Of a stretch of DNA of 64,000 bases, positions 32,011 to 45,369 are shown piece by piece (the stretch's first letter is position 1; every line of letters starts with the position of its first letter). The position numbers and the translations under genes are program-made. The stretch comes from the human T2T-CHM13v2.0 reference genome, Homo sapiens, in NCBI RefSeq assembly GCF_009914755.1, contig NC_060947.1, one strand, 5' to 3'. The notes under the pieces were generated by a model. The model was not told where the DNA came from and did not search any database. It saw nothing but the letters and a program-made list of their open reading frames with translations.

Positions 32011-33991
32011 AGAGTATAAGGACTGGTGGTGATCATTAAATATATGTGTACCTATAGAACTAAAACTAAATTATGGCTATAAAGAAGAAAACATAGTAGA
32101 TAATGGCTTTATGTTCTGACAATGCAGATACAGTACATCTAGCAAGAATTAGAGACGGAGAAGAATAAACTCATGACCTTGTAATTTAAAAAAGTTAGGC
32201 CACTTTAAATTAATTGTATTTTTAATGTTGAGAGATTAAAATAACTTTTAAAGTAAATAAAGTCCAAGACGCAATACATGATATTTCTTCCTAATATTTA
32301 AGTTTTCTCTGACCTGCCTAATCTGACTCCAAATATTCCTAAGTCTTCTTCCCTACCTCTCATCAGGATACATGGATTTTTACTGCTTACTCTAAAAAAC
32401 ATGGAGTTTAAAAATGTTAAGCAGATATAAAATGATTTTCTAAAAGTTGATCATTAAAACACTTCATTGTTCTGAATTAGTTGACAACTATGAAATGATT
32501 GTTCAATGCAAAAATTCTAGGTAAGCCAAAAAACTACCAAGTTACAGATTCATATGACAAATAATATTCAAGCCCAGGTAGTATTGTGTTGCATACATTA
32601 AAGCTTAATAGGAATATTTTAGTTTCTGATTATCACAGGACTACTGAACTAATCATCTTCAATAATTAATAAAACATTGGTGCGAGGAAAACAAAATCTA
32701 AACACACCATAATTACTATAGGGAAATCTTTGATGCAATATTACAATATATAATAAATAACAATTTTGAAAGCTTTTTAAAACTGTGTTTTAATCACGTT
32801 TGCCTCCATTAAGCTGCTAAGTTAATTAAATAGGCAAACCAACTTGAGACAAGGAAATTGATTTTCTACATAGGACACTCTCAACAGAGTAGCAGACATA
32901 AGAAAACGATCAATTTTTCTTCATGGTGTGCAAATTAAGTTCTGTTCAGAAAAAAAAAAACAAAATCCCTGTTTCCTTGTTCTCTTCTGCTCTTTTGTTC
33001 TTTAGTGACAGGTTAATCAAATAAATATGGCAGGAAGGGAAAATACATCTGAATATTCCCTGTACCTTTCACTTTCGGGAAGTCTCTAGTGTCAGAGAGA
33101 GCTTCCAACCACTCCTTCCAGCCTCCTCTCTAACAAAGCCTGGGCACCCAGGCTTTCTACCCATTGAGAAATTCTAGCAGCAATCTATTTACCATGGACC
33201 AAAAAAAATGTAACTTGTGCATTGCAATTTTTAATTATAATAGACAGTCTATTCCTTTGTCTTCCCTTTCATCACAATTTCCCCCATCTCCACACCTTTC
33301 CCAGGTGCACAAGGGTCTTACTTTCATTTGCATCCCAAAAGAGAAATCAGGAGGATCCACATTTGCCTGTATTTATAAGGCTAGAGAAAGCTTAACTGTG
33401 GCATCCCAAGCTTGAACTCTCTGACATGGGATTTTATTGTTTTAAGGACTTCATCAATGTCCACTTATAATCTGGAATAAGTGAATGGAGGGATCTTTGC
33501 TTTGATGCATAAAAATCAAAAGAATATCCCTTTGTGAATTCTGATGCTGAAAATGTGTTCTTGTTTGGAGGGTAGAAAAGGGGAATTTTCCTATGTCCTT
33601 TGCTTATTATGACATTAGTAAAGATCGCTATAGTCCAGAACATATATGTCAACAGTCCAACTATCATAGTGTAGTATTCGCTGTAGTGTGCCATCTCTGA
33701 GATAATTTTGTACAAACATGAATATATTTTTTACTCTTTTGTTGAATGTGAACCACACCAAGACATTTATCACTTGCAAAAGAACTTGTAGGGCTTCATG
33801 AGGGAAGAATTTTTGAATACATAAAATTCAAGCAGGAGCTTTAAATAATTCCAGAAAACTGTTTTCCCATACTTTGTAATTCCAAAGCTGGGGATAGGAA
33901 GCAGTGTAGTTTTTTTAGATGTAAATATCTGAGTTGTGAGAAATTTCAAAGTAAAATTGATATTACATTATTATATAATTATTATAATATA

Positions 33992-34337
33992 CAGTCATGT
34001 ACCACACAATGAGCTTTTTGGTCAACGATGAATCACATATACAATGGCAGTCCCATAAAAGCATAGTACTGTATTTTTACCATGTGTTTTCTATGTTTAG
34101 GTATGTTTAGATATACAAATAGTTACCATTATGTTACAGTTGCCTACAGCATTCAGTAAAGTAACATGCTGTACAAGTTTGTAGCCTAAGAACTATAAGA
34201 TATGCCATATAGCCTAGATGGGTAGTAGGCTATACAGTCTAGGTTTCTATAAGTACAATCTATAATGCTTGCACTTCAAAATTGTCTAACAACACATTTT
34301 GCAGAATGTATCCCCATTGTTAGGTGACATGTGATTG
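33992..34337. mobile_element. Tigger3a (MER7-type) non-autonomous DNA transposon
   Basis: CAGTCATG...CATGTGATTG terminal inverted repeats, TA duplication on both sides. Confidence 0.88.
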
Positions 34338-34392
34338 TATATAGCCTAATGCCATGTTATTATATCCAGATATCCCCCAGTAAAATCAGATC

Positions 34393-34775
34393 TATTATGA
34401 AATAAATGTTTGTGTCTCACCAAGATTTCTTGTTGAAACCCTAACCTCCAATGCGACGGTATTTGAAGATGGGGCCCTTTGGGAGGTAATTAGGTTGAGA
34501 TGAGGTCATAAGAGCAGGGCTCTCATAATGGAATTAGTGCCTTTGTAAGAAAAGACACCAGAAAGCTTACTTGCTCTCTTTCTCTCCCTCCCCATATGAG
34601 CACACAATGAGAAAGCAGCCATTCACAAGCCAGGAAGAGGACCCTCAACAGAACCTGACCGTGCTGGGACCTTGATCCCAGACTTTCAGCTTCCCGAACT
34701 GTAAAAGAATGATTTTCTGTTGTTTAACACACAAGCTATGGTGTTTAATTATGGCAGTCAGAGCTGACAAAGGCA
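34393..34775 (+). mobile_element. MLT1A-type solo LTR
   Basis: AATGTTTGTGTC...GGGGCCCTTTGGGAGGTAATTAGGTTGAGATGAGGTCAT...GACTTTCAGCTTCC. Confidence 0.85.
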
Positions 34776-34973
34776 CTAACTTAGAACATATTCAACTAAC
34801 TTTGCTTAGTGTGCTTTACCTAGACTGTCATCTAGCCACTGCTTTGCTTGTCTGAGCAGAAACTGAGTCAGGGGATTACCGGACATAAGTAAGGGCAGAA
34901 AATCATCCTGGTGTCCTTGACACAGCAGAATAACATTGTTTTTGTTGTCCCTCTGCATTTCTCTCCACATATA

Positions 34974-37144
34974 TAGGCGTATCTCATTTTACTGAACTTT
35001 ATTGCATTTCACAGCTATTGCATTTTCTACAAATTGAAGATTTGTCGCAACCCTGCACCAAGCAAGTCTATAAGCACCCCTTTTCCCACAGCATGTGCTC
35101 ACTTTTTCTCTGTGTCATATTTTAGTAATTCTCACAGTATTTCAAACTTGTTCATTATTGTTATGTCTGTTATGGTGATTTGTGATCAGTGATCTTTGAT
35201 TTTACTATTATAATTTTTTGGGGGTACCAGGAACCATGCCCATATAAGATGGTAACTTAATTGATCAATGTTGTGTGTGTTCTCACTTCTCTATGAACCA
35301 GCTGTCCCCCAGTCTCTCTCCCTCTCCTCAAGCTTCCCTATACCCTGAGACACAGCAATATTGAAATTAGGCCAATTAATAACCCTACAATGGTCTACAT
35401 GTTTAAGTGAAAGGAAGAGTTGCACATCTCTCACTTTAAATCAAAAGCTAGAAATGATTAAGCTTAGTAAGGAACGTAAGTAAAAATTCAGAATAGGTTG
35501 AAAGCTAGGCCTCTTGTGCCAAACAGTCAAGATGTGAATACAAAGAAAAAGTTATTGAAAGAAATTAAAAGTGCTACTCCAGGGAACACCTAAATGAATA
35601 TTTAGGCTCACTGTTGAGATCCACTGCTCAGAAAAAAAAAAAGATTCTTTTCAAAATATTACTGGTCATTGACAATGTACCTGGTCACCCAAGAGCTCTT
35701 ATGGAGAGGTACAAGTAGATTAACATTTTTTTTTAATGCCTGCTAATACAACATCCATTCTGCAGCCAATGGATCAAAGAGTATTTTCAACTTTCAATTC
35801 TTACTATTTTTTAAAAAATGAATTTCATAAGACTATAGCTACCATAGACAGTGATTCTTCCAATGGATCTGGGCAAAGTAAATTGAAAACCTTCTGGAAA
35901 GGATTTACCATTCTAGATGCCATTAAGAACATCTGTGATTCATGGAAGGAGGTCAAAATATCCACATTATCAGGAGTTTGGAAAAAGTTGATTCTAACCC
36001 TCATGGATGACTTTGAGGGGTCTGAGACTTCAGTGGAGGAATTCACTGCAGGTGTGGTGGAAATAGCAAGAAAACTAGAATTAGATGTGGAGCCTAAAGG
36101 TGTGACTGAATTGCTGCAATCTCATAGTAAAGTCTGAATAGATGAGGAGTTGATGAAGAAAGGAAGTGGTTTCTTAAGATGGAGTCTACATCCTGGTGAA
36201 GATACTGTGAACATTGTTGCAACAACAAAGGATTTAGAATATTCCATAAACTTAGTTGATAAAGCAGTGGCAGGAGTTGAGAGGATTGAATCCAATTTTG
36301 AAAGAAGTTCCACTGTGGGTAAAATGCTATCAAACAGCATCACATGATACAGAGAAATCTTTCGTAAAAGGAAGAGTGAATCAACACAGCAAACTACATG
36401 GTTGTCTTATTTAAAGAAATTGCCAGCTGGGCACAGTGGCTCATGCCTGTAATCCCAGCGAATTGGGAGGCTAAGTAGGGAGGATCACTTGAGGCCAGAA
36501 GTTTGAGACAAGCCTGGGCAACATAGCAAGACTGTGTCTTTACAAAAAGTTTGAAAATAAGCCAGGCATGGTGGTGTGCCCCTATATTCCTAGCTACTGG
36601 AAAGACTGAGGCAGAAGGATTGCTTGAGCCCAGGAAGTCAAGGCTGCAGTGAACTATGATCGTACCACTGCACTCCACCCTGAGTGACAGAATGAGACCC
36701 TGTCTCTTAAAGAAACAAAACAAAACAAAAATCACTGAAATTACCACTGTCACCCAACCTTCAGCAACCACCACCCTAAGCAGTCAGCAGCCATCAATGT
36801 CAAGACAAGACCACATCACACCCTCTACCAGCAAAAAGATTACAACTCACTGAAGGCTCAGATGATTGTTAGTATTTTTTAGCCATGAAGTATTTTTAAA
36901 TTAAGGTATGTACATTGTTTTTTAGACATAATGTTATTACATTGTGCTATGTTTTAGACATAATGCTATGTCTAAAATTTTAGACATTTTTAGACATAAT
37001 GCTATTGCATATTGCTATTGCACACTTATTAGACTATAACTTTTATATGCACCAAGGTACCAAAAAGTTTGACTCACTTTTTTGCAATATTCACTTTATT
37101 GCAGTGGTCTGAACCAAACCCACAATATTTCTGAGGTATGCCTG
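34974..37144 (+). mobile_element. Tigger1 DNA transposon, internally deleted, with nested AluJ
   Basis: TIRs (T)AGGCGTATCTC...GAGGTATGCCTG with TA TSDs; ORF 35736-36137 (PANTTSILQPMDQ...) is a pogo/Tigger DDE fragment. Confidence 0.95.
36425..36736 (+). mobile_element. AluJ inside Tigger1
   Basis: J-type GGAGGATCACTTGAGGCCAG and GGATTGCTTGAGCCCAGG; TSD GAAATT(G/A)CCA. Confidence 0.92.
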
Positions 37145-37305
37145 TAGTTAGCATGTGGGCATGTTTTCTATCACTAATGCATTTTAATTCTCTGAAATCA
37201 GTATCCACCTCTAGTGAACTTATATTTAAACTCAGTGCCCTAAGCATGATGGATACTGAAATATTTTTGGTTGAAGGACATGGTAGCCTGGATTTTCAGA
37301 GTAGT

Positions 37306-37669
37306 TGTATTAGTCCATTTTCACACTGCTGATAAAGACATACCCAAGACTGGGTAATTTATAAAGAAAAAGAGGTTTAATGGACTCACAGTTCCACATG
37401 GCTGGGGAGGCCTCACAATCATGGTAGTAGGTGAAAGGCACATCTCACATGGCAGCAGACAAGAGAAAGAATGAGAACCAAGAGAAAGGGGTTTCCCCTT
37501 ATAAAACTATCAGATCTTGTGAGACTTATTCACTACCACGAGAACAGTATGGGGGAAACTGCCCCCATGATTCAATTATCTCCCACTGGGTCCCTCCCAT
37601 AACATGTGGGAATTATGGGAGCTACAATTCAAGATGAGATTTGAGTGGGGACACAGCCAAACCATATCA
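37306..37669 (-). mobile_element. THE1B-like solo LTR
   Basis: TGTATTAGTCCATTTTCACACTGCTGATAAAGACATACCC ... CAGCCAAACCATATCA. Confidence 0.93.
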
Positions 37670-38536
37670 ACAGTATTCCAAAATGGAGGAGAGGGAGAGC
37701 TGTTTGGATTAGAAAATAATAATAATAAGCCAGGTGTAATATAGACACCGAGCAGAGACTGCTTGCACATGGGGACTTCTCTAAAGATGGAAGTAAGTGA
37801 TTACTTGGGTAAATCACAGAATCCTGAAATTTCATTCTGCAAATATGGAGAAGTTAGGTAAAAAACAAACTAGGTGAGATGGAGGCAAGCTAGGTTGTTT
37901 GGAGCATCTGTGGAGCACAGAGCTGGGTGTCTGCCAAGGTTCTCTATTATCTTTGCAGTGGTGGGTTCCTGTTCTCCCCACTGTAATCTGGGCGAGGTCA
38001 CCTGTAACAGGCTTAACTTCATTTTTGTTCAGCCACTCCTGAATTACTTCCTTCTGTAGACTTGGAAAGGTTATGGCCAGATTATGTTCTCCATGTTAAA
38101 TCTCTGTTATTCTTGATGAAAATAATCCAAACTGAGGGTTCCTGCACAAACTCCCCATCTGACTCTTTGATGTCCACTGTTCCCTAGAGAAATGTGAAGT
38201 TGGCTCCTGCAGCTGCACTTTTGGATTTGTTCCATTCTCAGAATAGGCCCAGAAGGATGTTTCTACAGCTTGGTACTTATTCTCAGCTCTTAGAATATTT
38301 TCTTAATTGCTTCCCTCCGCATCCTCCCAGCACTTGTGAGCATGCTTCCACTGGGCTTCGTTGCCTGCATTTGTACATTGTTGGTTTCCCATTTTTTCCC
38401 CAAATATGATGTAACCTCCCTATTAAGTATGGGGTCTTTGCCATGAGTCCATCTGTGTTGTAATGTGGCTCTCTGTACTTATTTCATAACTATGCAAATA
38501 CTTTTTTTTCTAACCCAGGTCACTTACACTCTAGAA

Positions 38537-38840
38537 CCTCCCCATTCAAAGTGTGATCCACAAACCAGCATAGGCATAACCTGGGAACTTACTGGAAATG
38601 TAGGATCTCAGTCCCTGTCCCAGACCTACTGCATCACAATCTGAAATTTAACAAGATCCTCAGGTGATTCAGGTGCATATTACAATTTGAAATACGCTGG
38701 GCTACAGTGGTGGTTTTTGAAGCTGGTTGTACAGTAGTCACATGGAGAACTTCTAAAAAAATATCAAAGTTGGGTCCCACTCCTAGGGATTCTAATTTAA
38801 TTGATTTGAGGCAGGGCCCTAATATGGATATTATTTTCAA
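38537..38840. mobile_element. Adjacent MER5A(1)- and MER5B-like hAT MITEs
   Basis: TCAAAGTGTGATCC...CCCAGACCTACTG...TTAACAAGATCCTCAGGTGATTC, then GGGTCCCACTCCTAGGGATTCTAATTTAATTG. Confidence 0.75.
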
Positions 38841-39099
38841 GTTTTATATTTGTTCCATATTTACTTCATTTCACAGCTGAAACACACTTTCCTAGAATAA
38901 GCAATATTAGGTGAAATTTGTGCCCTTTTAGCTGTACATGTTGTATATTCTGTGTTAGACTAGAAGATCCTTGAAGGCCACTTCCACATTTTCTATGTTT
39001 TGTGAATCCTCCAAATCATCCTTGGTATGGTGTTAAGTGTATAATCATTGTTCAATGACATGTTCATGGTTGATGGGGTACTAAAGCAGGGGGGAGATG

Positions 39100-39690
39100 A
39101 CTAGCATTTATGTCCTGGCCCTGTAAGCCATGACCTCTTTGACCCTGAGCAGATCACTTAAACCTCTCAGAAGTCAATGTTTTTGTTCAGTCAAATGTGA
39201 ATGACTTCTAACTCTAGTAGTTATTCAGTCATTCATTCACATAATAAATGTGTATGAACATCTGTTCTTTAACAGCTACTGTTCTAGGCACTGAGGAGAT
39301 AGTGGTCAACAGCCAAGACAGAAAAAGCCTTTGTCCTCATAGAACTTATAATGGGAGATATAAATAACAAGCAAATAAATAAAAATATGAAGCAGGATAG
39401 AGGCATAGGTAGTAATAAGTGCTAAGAAGAAAAATAGAGCACAGTTAAGTGTTGGAGCGTGGTAAATTGTTAGGTGACAGTGGGGAGACTTTATTTAACT
39501 AGGTTATCACAGAAGACCTTTCTGAAGAGGGGACATTTGAGCAGAGACTTGAATGGTGTAACAGGAAAGCTAGGCAAAGATCTGGGGGCAGGAAAGATCT
39601 TTCTAAGCAGACAGCCTCCAATAATAGAAGTCCTGGGTCAGAAACAAGCTAATGATGGTCAAGCGCTAGACAAAGAGCAAGGGTGGTTGT
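39100..39690 (-). mobile_element. MIR fragment (sense) followed by L2 3' region (antisense)
   Basis: ATTCAGTCATTCATTCAC tail, CTGTTCTAGGCACTGAGGAGA, GACATTTGAGCAGAGACTTGAATG. Confidence 0.7.
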
Positions 39691-40519
39691 AGTAGCATTC
39701 TTTGTGGATGTCTCTAGTCTATGACTTAAAGGATCCGTATTTAAGTCTTAAAAGTATCAAAGCTTTAGAGCACTTATGGGAAACATAAATCACCTGCAGG
39801 CATAAATGCCCAATATTGGGGCAGCACAAAAGTAACAGAAACCAAGAGTGTCATCATCATTGGCTCAACTTCTGTACTTTCCAATATAGTAATATTTTAC
39901 TTTAGGATCAGCAGGATCGTGAGACCAAACACATACAGAGATAATATTTACTTCTCTAGGCAGTGCCTTGAGTTCAGCAAATTTACTCCTGCTCTCTTGT
40001 GTGATGTAAAGGTCCATTTAGGCACTCTCCTGCTTCTGTCTCTTCCCCTTTGAGTGAACTGCTCAGAAAACAGGGATCAGCACAAAGAGCCAGCCCTCTG
40101 GGCATGGTGTCCTGGGTGTTGGGGCATGGCTCTGATTCCAAACTGTTTGAGTCTCTGGTTCCAGCCAAGGGGCTGAGTGGCATTAATTTTGTTGCTCTCT
40201 TGCTTCTTGAACCATTTTGTTTCAGATATCATGGTTTTATTTCTACAGTTCAGCTGCCAAAGTCCATCTAGGGTCCATAGATTTGTGTCCCAATTATAGA
40301 AACCTTAATTGCAAAATCTTGAAGTTAAAATATCAGCCCTCAAAGGAACAATGCTTGATGATGATGATTGGTGATGATGATGATTATGAGTAATGTAACC
40401 ATAATGGGTCTCCTCTTTTTCACATGTCATTTGACTCTGGCAATGCACATTAAACATTTATAATATAACAACATGGACTTACACAAAATAACTTTAATTC
40501 TATTTCATCTCTCTTCTAA

Positions 40520-40690
40520 TTACCTTATATGTATTATCAAATTCGATCCCCCTTCTGTATTAGGCACTGTCTTCATTACCAGGAAACTGAGTCACATAGA
40601 CATTAGGCAACTTGTCCAAAGTTATACACTTAACCAGGCCTCAAACCCCAGCATTTCTGATTCCAAAGCTTGAGTTCATAGTCATATTGC
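40520..40690 (-). mobile_element. MIR fragment
   Basis: AGGAAACTGAGTCACATAGAC...CAACTTGTCCAAAGTTATAC. Confidence 0.6.
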
Positions 40691-41653
40691 ATATCTTCCT
40701 GAGAAATAACCACTTATTTTACAAAATTCGGCTCAAGAATCTACTCTCAATGAAACTTTCTCTTACCTGCCCCTCATCAGGTATACACACTATGACAAAG
40801 ACTATATTATTATCATTTTCAGTTCTTATTCTGTGTCAAGCTCTGTGCTTGGTGTTGTGCTTGTGTAACCCTTATAAAGTTAGGCTGCCTCCTGGCCATG
40901 CAATAAAATGGTTTTATTCAAAGTCCTATACTGTAAAATTAAATCGTTTTCGTCTTTATTGCATTATCTTTAAAAAGTCCAGAAAGATAATAGTATTCAT
41001 AACACAGAACAACACTTCTGATAATCTTTCTCTCCCTTTGTCCTCATCCTCCCTCATCATAAGCAATGCATGAGAGCTGTATCCAATCCCACTTCTTCCA
41101 AACTCTAAAAATCTTTCCTCAAAACTCATTCCAGGTTTGATTTGCTCCTCTGTCTCTTCCTCGTTTCCTTCTTTCCTCCTTTTTCTTTCCAAATCTAGTT
41201 TATTTTTTCTCCCTACAGTAGCTTTGTATCCTTTCTAGTGTAAATAAATCTACTGTGTCTTAAGCTTCTTCACACTGGCAGTTCTACACACCCAATGAGA
41301 TGAAAGCTGAATCAACCAACCTCATCAAACAGGCAGCCCTAGCAACAAAGGAACCTTAGAAGAAAAAAGAAAAGGCAATGGCCATTCATATGTTTATATT
41401 TTCCCCTTGTCATATATATATTCTTATCTATCATCACCACTCTTAAATGGCTTTAAGTTTTTGCCATCTTAAGATGAAAAATTGAGGATCAGAGACGGTT
41501 ATCTCTTACCCAAAGTGATAGGGTAAATGAATACAAATCCAGAATATGAACCTACTCTGAGTAAATAAAAGCCCCTGAGTTTAGCCAGACTAGTTATTGG
41601 ATGTGTTGCCTAATCTCTTCACTCTGCCTTAAAGGCTCCAGTGTCCTCTATAG

Positions 41654-41874
41654 CAGGGGTCAGTGAGCTATGGCCCATGAGCCAAATCCAGCCCACTACC
41701 TGTTTTTGCAAATAAAGTTTTATTGGAACATAGTCACACTCATTCATTTACATACATCTATGGCTGCTTTTGCACTACAAAGGCAGAGTTGAGTAGTTCT
41801 GACAAAGGCTGTATTGCTCTCTTAACTTAAAATGCTTACTGTATGGCTTTTTACAGAAAGTTTGCTGACTCCAG
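41654..41874 (+). mobile_element. MER58A, full length
   Basis: CAGGGGTCAG...AATAAAGTTTTATTGGAAC...TTTGCTGACTCCAG; approximate 8-bp TSD CTCTATAG/CTCTAGAA. Confidence 0.9.
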
Positions 41875-42524
41875 CTCTAGAAGACCCTCATAGCACCTCT
41901 TACAGTTAACCAGAAACAGGCCAATTCACCAAAAATCTATTTGTAGATTATTTATGACATTTACCATACTATATTTACCAATCTAACAAAAATATATTTA
42001 TTTGAACTACTTATAGGATTTAAAGCAATTTGTGTTGGGTGAAATTAACAGCTTTTGAATCATTCTGCAAAGGTTTCTTTGCTTGGTTCTTATGTTGTTT
42101 TCTTAATTAATATGTCAGTGATGCTCAGTTTCTCATTGCCCTTGCATCCTGCTGAGTTAGCTGGAGGGTTTGGGGTAGAGAAAGGGGACCCTGAGTCTGG
42201 GGGAAGGCAGAGAGAAGAGCCATTTTAGAGCACATCCTGGGCTGCCATCAAGAGGAGTGAACCTGGGAGAAAGAAGGAGAAAGGCCAAGCACAGGAAGAT
42301 AGGAGACCCTGCAGCTGGGGGCGAGTATGACAGCCCAGAACTCTGGATTCTAGCTACTCACAACATTAATGAGTGAGTCCTACTATCACATCCAATACTA
42401 ATTTCTGTCAACCTACAAATAGTTTTAAAATAATTTGGTAATTTGATAAATTTGTTCAATATGACACGCAGATCATTCAGTGGATTTATCTGTTGCAAAT
42501 TGGGTTCTGGCAAATCGTTTTAGT

Positions 42525-43520
42525 TAACAAGTTCATCAAGAAATGTTTATGGGGCATCTACTATGTGCCAAGTACCCTTGGGATTTACCAGTCAAAATTT
42601 AAAGACCTCCGTAATCTTCTTATAGGTTATATTCCATCAGGGGGAGACAGATAATAAGTAATATATACAACAAATAAGCAAATTATATGGCACTTTAGAA
42701 AGAGTTAAGTGCTGTTGGGGGGCAGGAAAGAATCAATAGTGTAATGAAGATTGAGACTACAAATGGAGGAATACAATTTTAAATAGTATGGTCAGGGTAG
42801 GCCTGATTGAGAAGATAATATTTGAGCAAAGACTTGATGGAGTGAGGAGAAAGGCACATAGACGTCTGGGAAAGAACATTCCAGGCAGAGGAAACAGTCA
42901 GTGCAGAAACTCTACGGTGAAAGCAACAAAGAGGACAGTGTGTCTGGAGTAGACAGTGAAGGGAGAATTAGAAAATGAGGTCAAAGTAATTATGGTGGAT
43001 GGACCATGTAGGTCCTTGTTGACCACTGAAAGGATTCCAGCTTACATACTAGGTGAAATGTGGGCCATGGAGGTTTTTGGACAAAGAAGCTGCATGGTAT
43101 GACTTAGGTTTTAAAAAGGATACTGCAGCTGCTTTGTTGATTATAGACTGTGGGTGAACAAGGGAGGGAGCAAGGATACCAGTTAGGAGATTATTGAAGT
43201 TATCAAAGCGAGAGATGGAGATTGGGACCGGTGGCTAGCAGTGGAGAGATGAGAAAGGGTCAGATTTTGCTGCATGTACATTGAAGTAGGGCCAACAGAA
43301 CTTCCTGATGGATTGGATATGGGATTTAAATGAAATAAAGTAGTTAAATGTTTTGCGTAGTAACTGGAATGATGGAGTTAGCGCCTACTTGACCATGAGA
43401 AAGACTGCGATTAGAACAGGTTAATGTAGACAGCTATGAGACATCAAAGTAGAGTCAGTGAATAGGCATTTGATATAGGAGTGTGGAGTTAATAGAAGGT
43501 TTTGGCTAAAGATACAAATT
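42525..43520 (-). mobile_element. L2a 3' region (about 1 kb)
   Basis: GCATCTACTATGTGCCAAG; GAAAGAACATTCCAGGCAGAGGAAACAG; GAAGTAGGGCCAACAGAACTTCCTGATGGATTGGAT. Confidence 0.85.
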
Positions 43521-43559
43521 TCACTGATTGAAATACAGCTCCTGGCATTTCTTTGTTTC

Positions 43560-43707
43560 GTTTACTAGACTGTAAATTATTTCATGGCAAGAGCCTGTCT
43601 CATTCATTTATCTCCAGCCCTTAACATGGTGCCAGAAACATAATAACACTGTGTTTTGCTGATGTTCAAAGATGCTACATGAATGAATGAATGAATGAAT
43701 GAATGAA
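43560..43707 (+). mobile_element. L2 3' end with (TGAA)n tail
   Basis: ACTAGACTGTAA...CATGGCAAGAGCCTGTCT and (TGAA)n at about 43680-43707. Confidence 0.7.
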
Positions 43708-44096
43708 CAGACACATACTTTTATGACGCTAACTTACTTATGCACTTTGAGACAAGAACATTTTCCTCCTGTGGAAGGAAAAAGACTTCAAGTTGTTTCA
43801 TTTACCTCTAATGGTATTTAGAAAGCTTGCATGTTCAAGCAGGTATCATAGTAAAGGATCAAATATGGACTTTGAACTTGGCAGTGTGCTATCTTTTCCA
43901 TCATTTAAGTTGTAGGAAGAGATAATACATATATTGACAGTCCAAGTTATTCTTGCTTTAAGAGGATGACTCATATTGATCAAAGAAGAGTTGTCAATTT
44001 CTAGACAAGCTGGATGATCAGAGTAACTAAAGTCTAAAGTAAAAGGTCAGGAATATTCATCCATCTGAGAAAAAAAAATGTATAGCTGACAGACTA

Positions 44097-44466
<370 letters not shown>

Positions 44467-45369
44467 AAAAGTAGAAAACATTTGCCAATATCATCCACAG
44501 TCTAAGAATTAAGTATATTTTTGCAGCTTACTAATAAATTTTTGAGGTTCATAATATCTCAAGCCTATGATGTATTCAAAGTAGCAACTCTGCCCAAATA
44601 AATATACTAATATAAATATTTTTATCAATTTTAATTTCCAGCTCCTATTTAAGAAAGGGAATGGAATAGTTTGGTAGATAGAACTGATGTATCAGGACAC
44701 CGAGATTTATTATTTTCCTGAATATTACCAAGTTTGTTACTATAATTCCTTCTGTTGAGTTGTGACAAATGAGAATAAATTATACATTTTCAGATCTGTT
44801 CCTTTGCAATTCATAAAGCAGAATAAAACACACACACACACACACTCTTACATATACACAGATACCTATTAATAAAAATTCATGATCAACAAGGCAGTTT
44901 TATTTAAAGGAGCAGATATAACTTGATTTCAGAGTTGCAGAAAGCTTGGCTCACATTTTTTTACATTAATTTCAGTATATATTACTGCACAGAAAGATGA
45001 GCAACACTATTTTCTTAAGCTAACTCATTTTTAAAACTGTAATTTCAGATGTGAATGATGATAGAAAGCAGAGAAATTATCCTGATAAGCATTCCAGGCT
45101 CCAAACAAAATATATATGAATGTTCAGGCTTTAAAGGTTTAGGCACACATGAGTTATAAAAATATTTATTTAATTTTCTGAACAAGAATAGATTTACATG
45201 AATGCTATATATGATTTGTTTTAAAGTCTTCCCTGACCACATATACTATGGGCACAGTACCTAAGTTTGCATCTCTGTCAACAGGCAAACAATTTATATA
45301 TTTATTACCAACACATTACAGTTACAAAGTTAACTTATAAAAGGATTAAAACATAGGATACTGAACTTT

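Noticed and set aside
35736-36347. Transposase-like ORFs as a domesticated TIGD-type gene
   Set aside because: They lie in an internally deleted Tigger1 with stops and frameshifts, and there is no intact DNA-binding domain.
40612-41073. 153-aa ORF
   Set aside because: Non-ATG start, begins in a MIR, low-complexity Leu/Ile/Ser composition, no recognisable domain or splice structure.
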